In this document: positions 1-10,992 of the stretch, piece after piece
How positions within the stretch are numbered: position 1 is the first letter of the stretch
Layout of the letters: each line of letters begins with the position of its first letter
NCBI GenBank assembly: GCA_035577985.1
Contig: DATJZY010000025.1
Span: 66,229 to 130,228, forward strand
DNA length: 64,000 nucleotides
Source of the DNA: Candidatus Eiseniibacteriota bacterium
GTDB lineage: Bacteria > Desulfobacterota > Binatia > DP-6
Reading direction: 5' to 3'
Position numbers and translations under genes: made by a program
Notes under the pieces: model-generated
What the model saw: the letters and a program-made list of their open reading frames with translations, nothing else
Told to the model about the DNA's origin: nothing
Databases searched by the model: none

Positions 1-1
1 A

Positions 2-176
2 CCGTTCGTCCGGCGCATCGTCGGCGCCGGGGCGGCGCCGACGAACGATACGATCCATCCGTCGGTGGTCGAGCGGATGCTGCACGATCGGGAGTATCAG
101 CCCCAGAACGTACCATCGCTTGCGCCGGGTGACTCGCCGGAGATGCCCGGCCTGGAGCCTCTGCCGGTTCAGTAGA
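2..176 (+). CDS. 3' end of an upstream CDS running off the window (product unknown)
   Basis: Open frame from position 2 to TAG at 174-176 (...IHPSVVERMLHDREYQPQNVPSLAPGDSPEMPGLEPLPVQ*); third codon positions mostly G/C, consistent with host coding bias. Confidence 0.35.
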
Positions 177-240
177 CCACGGGGGGGCCCACTTCCGATT
201 TTTCCAAGACGGCGGCCCGGCACGGTGCTACAGGGACGGC

Positions 241-1245
241 ATGTCGCAGGGCGACGTGCCGAGCCCGCAGCTCATCAACCAGTACCTCTCCGGCCATTGG
301 GCGTCGATCGCGCTCGCCGCCGCCGTCGAGTACTCCGTGTTCACGCGCATCGAGCGCGGCGAGGATACGTGCGCCGCGCTCGCGCGCGCGGCCGGCATCT
401 CGACGCGCGGCGCGCAGGGACTGCTGGACGGCCTCGTCGGTCTCGGCCTCCTCACGACGGCCGGCGGCCGGTATGCCACGACGCGCGAGTCGAGCTTCTA
501 TCTCGTCGAGGGGAAGCCCGCGTATCTCGGCGCGTGGGCGACGCGCCTGCTCGGCCCCGATGGCGAGCTCGCCCTGTGGACGGCGCTGCCCGACATCGTG
601 AAGCGGGGCCGGCGCGCCGAGCCGCTCGTGCTCGCCGAAGCGCCCTTCTGGGACAAGCTCGTCGTGGCGCTGATCCCCGCGGCGTGGCCCGTGGCGCAGC
701 ACGTGGGCGCGCGTCTCGGCTTCGCGTCGCTCGGACCCGTACGGATGCTCGACGTGGGCGGTGGCGCGGGCGTCTACTCGGCGGCGCTGCTGACGGCGAA
801 CCCGCAGGCGCGATCGACGCAGGTCGACTGGGCGAACGTGAACCGCATCGCGCGCGACTACGTCGGCAAGATGGGCGTGGGTGAGCGGTTCGAGACCCGC
901 GACGGCGACCTCCACGAGGTGGACTTCGGCGCCGGCATCTACGACCTCGCGATCTACTCGCACATCGCCCACGGCTTGAGCCCCGAGCAGAACGCCGCCG
1001 CGTTCCGCCGCCTGCGGCGCGCGCTCGCACCCGGCGGTACGCTCATCGTCGTCGATTTCGTCGTGAACGAGGATCGCAGCGGGCCGCCCTTCGCGCTCCT
1101 CTTCCATCTCCAGATGCTGATCGGCACGCCCGAGGGCGCCACCTGGCGCGAGTCGGACTACCGGCGCTGGCTCGGCGACGCGGGCTTCACGCGCATCGAC
1201 GTCGAGCCCACGCCGACCGGCCCCACGGCGATCTTCGCCCGCTGA
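241..1245 (+). CDS. Class I SAM-dependent O-methyltransferase (dimerisation domain + MTase; CrtF/DnrK-like family 2)
   Basis: 334 aa; SAM motif I LDVGGGAGVYS; acidic motif II VVDFVV; overall architecture of plant/bacterial small-molecule OMTs. Confidence 0.8.
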   Translation: MSQGDVPSPQLINQYLSGHWASIALAAAVEYSVFTRIERGEDTCAALARAAGISTRGAQGLLDGLVGLGLLTTAGGRYATTRESSFYLVEGKPAYLGAWATRLLGPDGELALWTALPDIVKRGRRAEPLVLAEAPFWDKLVVALIPAAWPVAQHVGARLGFASLGPVRMLDVGGGAGVYSAALLTANPQARSTQVDWANVNRIARDYVGKMGVGERFETRDGDLHEVDFGAGIYDLAIYSHIAHGLSPEQNAAAFRRLRRALAPGGTLIVVDFVVNEDRSGPPFALLFHLQMLIGTPEGATWRESDYRRWLGDAGFTRIDVEPTPTGPTAIFAR

Positions 1246-1256
1246 ACGGAGGATCC

Positions 1257-2291
1257 ATGTCGCAGCAGAGCGCTCCCGCGATTCCCCTGCCCTTCCAGAT
1301 CTCCCGCATGGTGACGAGCTACTGGGTGCCCCAGGCCCTGCACGTGGCCGCCGAGCTCGGCGTCGCCGACGTGCTCGCCGACGGCCCCAAGCAGAGCGCC
1401 GACGTGGCGCGCGCCGTGGGGGCGAACCCCGGCGCGCTGCACCGGCTCCTGCGCGCCCTCACCGTGCTCGAGGTGTGTACGCAGACCGACGACGGCGCCT
1501 TCGCGCTGACGCCGCTCGGCGCGTGCCTGCGCTCCGACACGCCCGACTCGGTCCGCGCCTGGGTGATGATGGTCGCCGGCGAGCGCGTGTGGGCGTCGTG
1601 GGGACGCCTCGTCGACTGCGTGCGGACCGGCGACTCGGTGCCGAAGCAGAACGGCGTCGGCGCGTTCGACGGCATCGTCGCCGACGGCGAAGCGGGAGCC
1701 GTCTTCAACCAGTCCATGGCGCAGCTGACGCGCCATCTCGCACCGGCCGTCGCCGCCGCATACGACTTCTCCGGGTTCCGCACGATCGTCGACGTCGGCG
1801 GCGGCTACGGTGCGCTGCTGCCGCCGATCCTGAAGGCGAACCCCGAGCTGCGCGGCGCCGTCTTCGACCTGCCGCACTGCCGCGACGGTGCCCTCGCCCT
1901 CTTCCGGAAGACGGGCATCGCCGACCGCTGCGAGTTCGTCGCCGGAAGCTTCTTCGAGGACACGCCCCCACCTGCCGACGCCTACCTCGTGAAGAGCGTG
2001 ATCCACGACTGGGACGACGAGCGCAGCATCGCCCTTCTGCGAACGGTCCGGAAGTCGGCACACGAGCGATCGCGCCTGCTCGTCGTCGAGCCGATCGTCC
2101 CCGAACGGATGGGCTCGACGCCGTTCCACGCCATGCTCGCGTCGAGCGACCTCAACATGATGGTGGTGACCGGCGGGCGCGAGCGCACCGAGACCGAGTT
2201 CCGTCAGGTGATCGAGGGCGCCGGGTTCCACGTCACCCGGGTCGTGCCGACGCAGGCCACGATGAGCGTGATCGAAGCCACCCCCGCATGA
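1257..2291 (+). CDS. Class I SAM-dependent O-methyltransferase, tandem paralog of the preceding gene
   Basis: 344 aa; motif I VDVGGGYGALL; KSVIHDWDD motif; same domain order as 241..1245 and 11 nt downstream of it. Confidence 0.8.
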   Translation: MSQQSAPAIPLPFQISRMVTSYWVPQALHVAAELGVADVLADGPKQSADVARAVGANPGALHRLLRALTVLEVCTQTDDGAFALTPLGACLRSDTPDSVRAWVMMVAGERVWASWGRLVDCVRTGDSVPKQNGVGAFDGIVADGEAGAVFNQSMAQLTRHLAPAVAAAYDFSGFRTIVDVGGGYGALLPPILKANPELRGAVFDLPHCRDGALALFRKTGIADRCEFVAGSFFEDTPPPADAYLVKSVIHDWDDERSIALLRTVRKSAHERSRLLVVEPIVPERMGSTPFHAMLASSDLNMMVVTGGRERTETEFRQVIEGAGFHVTRVVPTQATMSVIEATPA

Positions 2292-2310
2292 CGTGAGAAG
2301 AAAGGACGCC

Positions 2311-2757
2311 ATGACGACCACCCCCCGCGTGACCACGTACCTCTGCTGCAAGGGCGCCGCGCGCGCCATCGACTTCTACAAGCAGGCCTTCGGCGCCACC
2401 GAGACGATGCGCCTCGCCGAGCCCGGAAGCGGCCGGATCGGGCACGCCGAGATCAAGATCGGCGACACGGTGCTGATGCTCGCCGACGAGTTCCCCGACT
2501 TCGGCGCCCTCAGCCCGCAGACGCTGGGTGGCTCGCCGGTGAAGCTGCACCTCCACGTCGGCGACTCGGACGCGGTCGTGAAGCAGGCCGTCGCCGCCGG
2601 CGCGAAGGTGATCCGTCCGGTCGCGGACCAGTTCTACGGTGAGCGGTCGGGCACGATCGAGGATCCGTTCGGGCACCAGTGGATGGTGTCGACCCCCAAG
2701 GAGAACGTGTCGGCCGCCGAGATGCAGCGGCGGTACGACGCGATGGTCAAGGGCTAG
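2311..2757 (+). CDS. VOC (glyoxalase/bleomycin-resistance/PhnB-like) family protein
   Basis: ATG at 2311 preceded by AAGGA; sequence TTYLCCKGAARAIDFYKQAFGA...DPFGHQWMV typical of PhnB-like VOC proteins; ORF track frame 2293..2757. Confidence 0.7.
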   Translation: MTTTPRVTTYLCCKGAARAIDFYKQAFGATETMRLAEPGSGRIGHAEIKIGDTVLMLADEFPDFGALSPQTLGGSPVKLHLHVGDSDAVVKQAVAAGAKVIRPVADQFYGERSGTIEDPFGHQWMVSTPKENVSAAEMQRRYDAMVKG

Positions 2758-2769
2758 GAGGAGCCACCA

Positions 2770-3158
2770 TGGGTGCGAGCGCGTTCGACATCGTCGACAC
2801 CTACGTCCATCTCGCCGACGGGCCGGAGGCCGTGCCCGTCCCCGTGGGCCCCGACTTCTGGGCGACGATCGATCGACGAAGCGACCTGCACCGGGGCCGA
2901 CTCGTCACGGCGTATCGCTTCGAGCCGGGTAAATGGAACCATTGGGAGATGCACCCGGCGGGCGACGAGATCGTGTGTCAGTTCTCGGGCGCGATGGACC
3001 TCGTTCTGGAGATGGGACGGGACGAGCGGACGGTCGAGCTCCGGGGACGATCCGCGTTCATCATCCCGCGCGGCGTCTGGCACTCGGCGATCGTGCACGC
3101 GCCGAGCGAGGCGCTCTTCATCACGCGCGGCGAGGGAACCGAGCACCGCCCCGCGTAG
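2770..3158 (+). CDS. Cupin domain protein
   Basis: GGAG RBS then ATG 2770; motifs HPAGDEIVCQFSG and RGVWHS (cupin metal-binding His motifs); in-frame downstream part of ORF 2679..3158. Confidence 0.65.
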
Positions 3159-3165
3159 GCGTCGA

Positions 3166-5157
3166 TCAACGGGCGCGGCTCGCGGCGTCCTTGAGCAGCT
3201 GGTCGATCGCCGTGGCGCAGTCGGGGCCGATGGAACCCTTGCGACCCGCCTTGCGCGCCGACTTCGCGGCCTTCTTCAGCTTGCCGCGCGACTTCGCGAG
3301 CAGGCGCTTCCGCGCCTTCGCGGCGGCCGCAGCCTGCGCCTTCTCGAGCACGGTCCGCGCGGCGTCGACGCGAGCCCCGATCGCCGCCGGAATGCTGTCG
3401 CTCTTGCACGCCGCCGGCGGGTAGCCGCGCAGCACGCACAGCGCGCCGTCCGCGCCGATCGCCGGGCAGGCGACGGTGAGCGAGGCGGTCGCGGTTGCCG
3501 AGCTCGCACTCCCGTCCGTGGCCGCGAACGTGAACGAGTCGTCGCCGTCGAATCCGGCAGCCGGCGTGTACGCGACGGCTCCCGACGCCTCGTCGATCGA
3601 TTCGAGGGTGCCGTGCATGGGGGCGGCCACGATCGAGCGCGTGATGGGATCCCCGTTGGGGTCGTTGCACGACAACGCGATCATCGTGCGCGTCCCGTTC
3701 GGGACGAGCGAGGATACGTTCGCGCAGATCGGCGCGACCTCCCGGGAGAACGCCGACACCGCACTGCTGCCATCCGCCCGGGTGTAGGCGGTTGCGTTGT
3801 CGGCACTCACGACGAGGGATGACACGGCGATCAGAGCGACCCCGTCGGCGCACTGCCCGCCCGTTCCAGTCTCGCTGACACAGCCGGCGGTACCCGGGAG
3901 TTGCGAGATCTTGCCGTCGGCGGGATCGCGGGAGAATACGGCCACGGCGCTGACTGGATCGATCGAGACGACGTAGACGCTCAGCCCGTCGGGGGAGACC
4001 ACGGCCCAGTTCGCGCGAGCGAGCGCCTTCCCCGTCGCGCATCCCGGCGGCGCCGGCGCTTCGGCGATGCAGCCGGCGGGACCGGCGAGCTGCGTCAGCG
4101 TACCGGCTGCCGGGTCGCGGGCGAAGATCGTGACCGTACCGGAGCCTCCCCCGGAGGCCACGTATGCGTTGGCGCCATCGGGGCTGATCCCGACGTGGGC
4201 TACGAAGGTGAGACCGTTGCCTTCGGAACATGCTCCGCCGCTGCCGCTCGCGCTGACGCAGCCGGCGGTGCCGGGGAGCTGCGTGAGCGCGCCGAGCGGA
4301 GCGTCGCGCGAGAAGATCGCGATCGCGCCGTTGTTGTTCGAGGCGACGTACGCGAACTTGTCGTCGGGGCTGAGCGTGATCTGCCGGGGACCGGCGAGCG
4401 CGACGCCGTCGGCACAGCTCCCCGCCGTGCCGCCGGTGTGGTCGAAGCCATCTTCGCTGACGCAGCCGTCGGTGCCGGAAAGCTGGGTCAGCGCGCCGGT
4501 CGATGCGTCGCGCGAGAACGCGGCGATCGAGTTGCCGAAGGACGAGGCGACGTAGACGTTCGCGCCGTCGGCGCTGACCTGCACCGAACGAACACCGCTG
4601 AGCCCCCTGCCGTCGACGCAGCTTCCCGCTGTGCCTCCGGGGTGATCGAAGCCATCCTCGCTGATGCAGCCGCTGGTCCCGGGAAGCTGTGTCAGCGCGC
4701 CGGTCGACGTGTCGCGCGAGAACGCCGCGACCGAATCGCTGTTCTGGCCAGTGAGGTAGACGTTCCGACCGTCGGCGCTGACCGCCACGCTGGTCGCGCC
4801 CTCCAGGCCTCTGCCGGCCGTGCAGCCAGGCGTCGCCATCGGGTCCTCTGCGACGCAACCGGCGCTACCCGGTAGCTGTGTGAGGACGCCGCTCGCCGGG
4901 TCGCGCGACAGGACGGCCACGCCATGCTGGGATGCGCTGTACACGTTCTTGCCGTCGGGGCTGAGGGCAATCACGCCGTAGCCGTCGGCGGCGAGGGCGT
5001 TGCCGTCGGTGCAGGCGCCGCCCGTGCCATCGTCGGAGATGCAGGCGTCGAGGCCGGAGAGCTGGGTGAGAGCGCCGAGCGGGGGCGGAATCGCCGAGGC
5101 GCGTCCCGCGAGCGCGGTGAGGGCGGCCCAAAGGAGGACGGTGCTTGCGTTCTTCAT
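3166..5157 (-). CDS. Secreted beta-propeller repeat protein (YVTN/lactonase-like repeats) with Lys-rich C-terminal helical tail
   Basis: Start chosen at MKNASTVLLWAALTALAG (signal peptide); at least 7 repeats of VSxDGxNVYVxS...AFSRDxxTGALTQLxGTxGC; C-terminal KARKRLLAKSRGKLKKAAK tail. Confidence 0.7.
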   Translation of the reverse strand: MKNASTVLLWAALTALAGRASAIPPPLGALTQLSGLDACISDDGTGGACTDGNALAADGYGVIALSPDGKNVYSASQHGVAVLSRDPASGVLTQLPGSAGCVAEDPMATPGCTAGRGLEGATSVAVSADGRNVYLTGQNSDSVAAFSRDTSTGALTQLPGTSGCISEDGFDHPGGTAGSCVDGRGLSGVRSVQVSADGANVYVASSFGNSIAAFSRDASTGALTQLSGTDGCVSEDGFDHTGGTAGSCADGVALAGPRQITLSPDDKFAYVASNNNGAIAIFSRDAPLGALTQLPGTAGCVSASGSGGACSEGNGLTFVAHVGISPDGANAYVASGGGSGTVTIFARDPAAGTLTQLAGPAGCIAEAPAPPGCATGKALARANWAVVSPDGLSVYVVSIDPVSAVAVFSRDPADGKISQLPGTAGCVSETGTGGQCADGVALIAVSSLVVSADNATAYTRADGSSAVSAFSREVAPICANVSSLVPNGTRTMIALSCNDPNGDPITRSIVAAPMHGTLESIDEASGAVAYTPAAGFDGDDSFTFAATDGSASSATATASLTVACPAIGADGALCVLRGYPPAACKSDSIPAAIGARVDAARTVLEKAQAAAAAKARKRLLAKSRGKLKKAAKSARKAGRKGSIGPDCATAIDQLLKDAASRAR

Positions 5158-5301
5158 TCGGTCCATCACCCGCGGGCGCGCGATGCTGCCACGGTGCGAT
5201 ATCCGCCACAAGACTCCGTCCACGATCTTTCGCATTCGCACGCGCACGCACCAAATGCCCGGCTGGGATGAGCTTCAACCGCGTGGCAGATTCGCCCGCC
5301 G

Positions 5302-5787
5302 ATGGACGATGCCCAGGTCTGGTACTTCGCCTACGGCAGCAACATGAGCCCGGGCACGTTCCTCGAGCGGCGCGAGATGCGCCCGCTCGAAACGGCGCGT
5401 GCGTTCATCGACGGCTATCGGCTCACCTTCGACATCCCGGTCGGCCCGGGCGAGCGTGCGGTCGCGAACCTCGCCGCGCACGGCGCCGCGCGCACGCACG
5501 GCGTGGCGTATCTGCTCACCGTCCGGGACGCGGAGCGCCTCGATGCGACCGAAGGTGTCCCGCGCCTCTACTACCGGGAGTCCGTGGAGGTGCGGCTCGA
5601 CGCGCGCGTCGTTCCGGGCTTCACGTATCGCTCGACGATCGCCGTCGCCGGCCGCAAGCCGTCGGCGCGCTATCTGGACCTCCTCCTCGACGGCGCGCGG
5701 CGGTACGACCTGCCGGTCGACTACATCCGCCATCTCGAGTCGCTCGAGCTCGCGTTCGACGAGCGGATCGGCGCGGTGCGGACCTAG
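5302..5787 (+). CDS. Gamma-glutamylcyclotransferase (AIG2-like/GGCT) family protein
   Basis: N-terminal YFAYGSNM signature of the GGCT-like fold; 161 aa. Confidence 0.7.
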   Translation: MDDAQVWYFAYGSNMSPGTFLERREMRPLETARAFIDGYRLTFDIPVGPGERAVANLAAHGAARTHGVAYLLTVRDAERLDATEGVPRLYYRESVEVRLDARVVPGFTYRSTIAVAGRKPSARYLDLLLDGARRYDLPVDYIRHLESLELAFDERIGAVRT

Positions 5788-5831
5788 GCGAGGTTCGCGG
5801 ACTCGCGAGCCGCCTGCTATGGGCGGCGCCC

Positions 5832-6962
5832 ATGCGGCCCGGTACGCGACCGCCCTGGGCGGAGCTCGCGCTCGCCGTGTGCTCGCTGGCGGTCGGGCTC
5901 GCCATCGCCGAGGTCGCGATCCGCATGCGGCTCTCGCCGCACGCCCGCGCGGCGCTGCCGCACGTCGGCCTGGGCGACCAGGATCAGAACCGCCTGCGCT
6001 GGTTCGAGCGCCGGGCGAGCCGGCATGGAAGGGATCGCGGCGACGAGCTCGGCTTCGATCGCCCCGACGCGGACCTCGGTTGGTCGCCGATTCCGGACCT
6101 CGCGCGGCGCCGCGTGCGGGCGGGCGCCTTCGACGTCACGATCCACACGAACGCCGACGGGCTCCGTGGCGAGGCGACCGTGCCGCGCGAGCGCCCGCCG
6201 GGCCGCGCGCGCATCGCCGTCTTCGGGTGCTCGCAGACGTTCGGCGCCGAGGTCGAGGACGGTCAGACCTACAGCGCGCGCCTGCAGGACCTCCTCGCCG
6301 ATGCCGACGTCCTCAACTTCGGCGTCCACGGCTACGGTACCGATCAGATGCTCCTGCGCTACGAGCGCGACGGCGTCCCGTTCGACCCCGACGTCGTCGT
6401 CGTGGGCTTCGCGTACTACCACATCCAGCGAAACCTCGACGACTTCCGCTTCTTCGCGAAGCCCCGCTTCGTGATCGACGGCGGCGAGCTGCGCCTCACG
6501 GGCGTCCCGGTTCCGACCCCCGACGTCTACGCGGCGTCGGTGGCGCCTCCGCAGCCCTGGAGGCTGCTCGATCGGAGCGTCCTGCTGCGATGGACCTGGC
6601 AGATCCTGCTGCAGCTCGAGGCCCTTCGCCTCTATGCCCCGACCGGGCCTGCGTGGACGACGACGCGCGCGCTCCTGCGTCGCTTCGCCGCCGAGGCGCA
6701 GGCGAACGGCGCGCGGTTCGTGCTGCTCAACATCGAGGACGACTCGGCGCAACTCGAGCCCGTGCTGGCCGGCGTGGCGCGCGAGGACGGCGGCGTGTTC
6801 GTCAACGCGGGGCGGACGCTGGGGGATCTCCGGGGCCAGGGCAAGCGCTTCCGCGTCCCCGGCGACCCGCACTGGGGCCCCGAAGGCCACGCGATCATCG
6901 CGAGCGATCTCGCGCGGGCGATCTGCGCGAACGCGCTGGTGCCGCCGGCGTCGTGCCGCTGA
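5832..6962 (+). CDS. SGNH/GDSL-like hydrolase family membrane-anchored protein
   Basis: ATG 5832 (MRPGTRPPW) with N-terminal TM helix; block IAVFGCSQTFG and later HWGPEGH resemble SGNH blocks I and V; track ORF 5145..6962 extended upstream through the GGCT gene. Confidence 0.5.
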   Translation: MRPGTRPPWAELALAVCSLAVGLAIAEVAIRMRLSPHARAALPHVGLGDQDQNRLRWFERRASRHGRDRGDELGFDRPDADLGWSPIPDLARRRVRAGAFDVTIHTNADGLRGEATVPRERPPGRARIAVFGCSQTFGAEVEDGQTYSARLQDLLADADVLNFGVHGYGTDQMLLRYERDGVPFDPDVVVVGFAYYHIQRNLDDFRFFAKPRFVIDGGELRLTGVPVPTPDVYAASVAPPQPWRLLDRSVLLRWTWQILLQLEALRLYAPTGPAWTTTRALLRRFAAEAQANGARFVLLNIEDDSAQLEPVLAGVAREDGGVFVNAGRTLGDLRGQGKRFRVPGDPHWGPEGHAIIASDLARAICANALVPPASCR

Positions 6963-6964
6963 GC

Positions 6965-7309
6965 TCAGCCGCGTACGGGAAAGAGCTTCCCGAAGCGCAT
7001 CATGAACATCGCGTCGCCGCTCACCTGATACTCCCCGTTCATGAACGCGTCGCGGCCGCTCTTCTCACCCCGCGCGATGGCGAGCCAGAGATCGGAGTCC
7101 ATCGTGAGCGTGACGGTCGGCTCCACCGTGCGCCCCGGCGTCACGCGGCAGGTCTGGTCGTGGATCATCGCGGTCCACTGCCCGGGCTCCGATCCGGTGA
7201 GGTCGAAGAGCACGATCGCCTCCACGCCCTCCGCGGCGCTCGGATCGAACACCTGCGGCAGACCCTGGACGGCTGCAACGGCCGTCGTCGGCTGGAAGGT
7301 ACTCGCCAT
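6965..7309 (-). CDS. SCP2 sterol-binding domain protein
   Basis: 114 aa starting MASTFQPT; ...WLAIARGEKSGRDAFMNGEYQVSGDAMFMMRFGKLF is a typical SCP-2 C-terminal block. Confidence 0.65.
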   Translation of the reverse strand: MASTFQPTTAVAAVQGLPQVFDPSAAEGVEAIVLFDLTGSEPGQWTAMIHDQTCRVTPGRTVEPTVTLTMDSDLWLAIARGEKSGRDAFMNGEYQVSGDAMFMMRFGKLFPVRG

Positions 7310-7415
7310 CACCCCCTCCTCCGCGTAACCGATTCGTACCGTGCGCGTCGCCTGACCGCAAACGGGGTCGCTCGCCGCTGCGGTGCGCGCGTGCTTTAAT
7401 GCCCGCGTGGATCGG

Positions 7416-7699
7416 ATGCGGGCCGATCGCTCGCTCACCGAGCGGATCCTCTCCGTGCTTCGACCGTATGCGTCGAATTGGAGCGGCACGCTCGGGCGCG
7501 GCGACCTCGTGATTCCGCAGCGCGACATCCCGCGCGTCGTGCACGAGATCCTGGACGCGATGCACGAGGAGGGCGGTTGGGAGGAGGCCGGCGACCGCGA
7601 GCTGTTCGACGTGCTCATGCAGGCGCGGCGCACGGCTTCGGTCCAGGACCAGGCCGAGCTCCTGCGGCGGCACTTCTCGATCCTGAAGCGCCCGGCCTC

Positions 7700-7703
<4 letters not shown>
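7416..7703 (+). CDS. Hypothetical small protein
   Basis: GC3-biased frame (MRADRSLTERILSVLRPY...); alternative start 7383; no recognisable domain. Confidence 0.4.
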
Positions 7704-9265
<1,562 letters not shown>

Positions 9266-9276
9266 ACCGCGCCCGG

Positions 9277-9296
9277 GGTGCAACGGCGCTTGCACC
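9277..9296. promoter_or_regulatory. Perfect 7-bp inverted repeat GGTGCAA-N6-TTGCACC in the 59-bp divergent intergenic region
   Basis: Read directly: GGTGCAAcggcgcTTGCACC; lies 12 nt upstream of the EBP start and 29 nt upstream of the thiolase start. Confidence 0.4.
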
Positions 9297-9324
9297 GCCG
9301 TGGGGCCTTTCGTAGACCCACCGC

Positions 9325-10500
9325 ATGTCCGCCCATCCGCTGCGTGGCAGCGCCGCGATCGCCGGCCTCGGCATCACGCCACAGGGCAAGGTGTACGGAC
9401 AGGGCGCGGTCGGCTTCGCGGTCGACGCCGTGCGCACGGCGCTCGACGACGCCGGTCTCCAGCGCTCGGATCTGGACGGCCTCCTCCTCAACCCGGGGCT
9501 CACCTGGGGTGACATGGGCATGGGCTCCTTCCAGCTCCAGCAGGCGATGGGGCTCCACAACCTGCGCCTCTCCGCGACGATGAACCTCGGCGGCGCCACC
9601 GCCGCCGCCATGATCCAGCACGCGGCCCAGGCGATCGCGGCGGGCCTGTGCACGACGGTCGTGTGCGTCTTTTCGGATGCGCCGCTGAAGCCGCCGGCGC
9701 CGAAGGGGGAAAAACAGTCGACGGGCGCGGCGTATGCGTTCGCGCGCGGGTGGGAGGCCGCCTACGGCTTCTTCGGCGTGAACGCGATGTACGCGCTCGT
9801 CGCCAAACGGCACATGCACCTCTACGGCACGACCCAGGATCACCTCGGCATGGTCGCCGTCGCGCAGCGCAAGTGGGCGAATCGCAATCCCGCGGCACAG
9901 CTCCACGATCAACCGCTGTCGCTCGAGGACTACCGGCGGTCGCGATGGGTCGTCGAGCCGTTCCACCTCTTCGACTGCTGCCTGGTGTCGAACGGCGGCC
10001 TCGCGGTGATCGTGACGAGCGCCGAGCGGGCGCGCAACGCGAAGAAACCACCCGTCTACGTCTGGGGCATGGGCCAGGGGCACCTCGGCGGCGACGCGGC
10101 CGACACGCTCGCGTCGGGCGCCGTCATCGCGAAGGAACCGGCATTCTCCATGGCGGGCATCACGCTCGCCGACGTCGACGTCGTGGAGCTCTACGACTGC
10201 TACACGTTCACCGTGCTCGTCACGCTCGAGGACTACGGCTTCTGCAAGAAGGGCGAGGGGGGACCATTCGTCGCCGAGCACGTGACCGGCCCCGGCGGCA
10301 AGCTCGCGCTCAACACCGGCGGAGGGCAGCTCTCGAGCTTCTACATGTGGGGCATGACGCCGATCTCCGAGGCGGTGATCCAGCTCCGCGGTGAGGGCGG
10401 CGACCGCCAGGTGCCGAAGCACGACGTGGCGCTCGTGTCCGGCAACGGGGGCGTGCTCTCGACCCACTCGACGCTCGTCCTCTCGAGGCTGCCCGCGTGA
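9325..10500 (+). CDS. Thiolase-like protein (SCP-x/nonspecific lipid-transfer-protein type thiolase)
   Basis: 391 aa; thiolase fold blocks (AIAGLGITPQGK, NLGGATAAAMIQHA, CYTFTVLVTLEDYGFC, SGNGGVLSTHSTLVL); paired with a DUF35 gene as in Ltp2/ChsH-type systems. Confidence 0.75.
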   Translation: MSAHPLRGSAAIAGLGITPQGKVYGQGAVGFAVDAVRTALDDAGLQRSDLDGLLLNPGLTWGDMGMGSFQLQQAMGLHNLRLSATMNLGGATAAAMIQHAAQAIAAGLCTTVVCVFSDAPLKPPAPKGEKQSTGAAYAFARGWEAAYGFFGVNAMYALVAKRHMHLYGTTQDHLGMVAVAQRKWANRNPAAQLHDQPLSLEDYRRSRWVVEPFHLFDCCLVSNGGLAVIVTSAERARNAKKPPVYVWGMGQGHLGGDAADTLASGAVIAKEPAFSMAGITLADVDVVELYDCYTFTVLVTLEDYGFCKKGEGGPFVAEHVTGPGGKLALNTGGGQLSSFYMWGMTPISEAVIQLRGEGGDRQVPKHDVALVSGNGGVLSTHSTLVLSRLPA

Positions 10501-10928
10501 CCACCCCCTCCGCCAGCCCTCCTGCGAAGCCCCTGCCGCAGATCTCGCCCGAGATGGCGCCCTTCTTCGCCGCCGCGCGTCGCCACGAGCTGGTCGTCCA
10601 GCGCTGTGGCACGTGCCACACGATGCGATTTCCGGCACGGGCCGTGTGCAGCCGGTGCCTCGGGCGCGAGAGCGAATGGGTTCCCGTATCGGGGCGTGGC
10701 GAGGTCTTCAGCGTGGCCGTCATGCACCAGGCGAATCACCCGGGCTTCGCCGCGGAGGTCCCGTACGCCGTGGTCGTCGTCGCGCTCGAGGAGGGCGTCC
10801 GCATGCTGTCGAACGTGGTCGACTGCCCCGTCCGGGAGGTCCGGATCGGCCTCCCGGTCGAGGTCACGTTCGACGACGTGACCCCCGAGGTGACCCTGCC
10901 GAAGTTCCGCCCCCGGCGGGGTGCCTGA
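10497..10928 (+). CDS. DUF35 Zn-ribbon/OB-fold protein (thiolase partner)
   Basis: CGTCHTMRFPARAVCSRC zinc ribbon followed by OB-fold region; GTGA overlap with the thiolase stop. Confidence 0.75.
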   Translation: MTTPSASPPAKPLPQISPEMAPFFAAARRHELVVQRCGTCHTMRFPARAVCSRCLGRESEWVPVSGRGEVFSVAVMHQANHPGFAAEVPYAVVVVALEEGVRMLSNVVDCPVREVRIGLPVEVTFDDVTPEVTLPKFRPRRGA

Positions 10929-10992
10929 CCCCCCGGGGACACCCCGCCGAGGGCGCTTCTACGGGACGACGCAGGAGTGCTAGTACCTGCGC

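Noticed and set aside
120-884. 254-aa plus-strand ORF at the window start
   Set aside because: It is an Arg-rich alternate frame overlapping the well-supported O-methyltransferase gene 241..1245.
2978-4858. 626-aa ORF on the minus strand (Arg/Gly-rich)
   Set aside because: It is the wrong frame of the same strand as the propeller gene 3166..5157. Its composition (R, G and D runs) and lack of motifs are typical of a high-GC shadow ORF.
5399-7399. 666-aa plus-strand ORF
   Set aside because: It is a Ser/Arg/Ala-rich alternate frame across the GGCT, SGNH and SCP2 genes; there is no coding signal.
9278-9295. Possible sigma-54 promoter at the EBP/thiolase intergenic region
   Set aside because: Aligning TTGCA to -12 puts TGCAAC, not TGGCAC, at -24, so the essential GG is missing. 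It is kept only as a palindrome.
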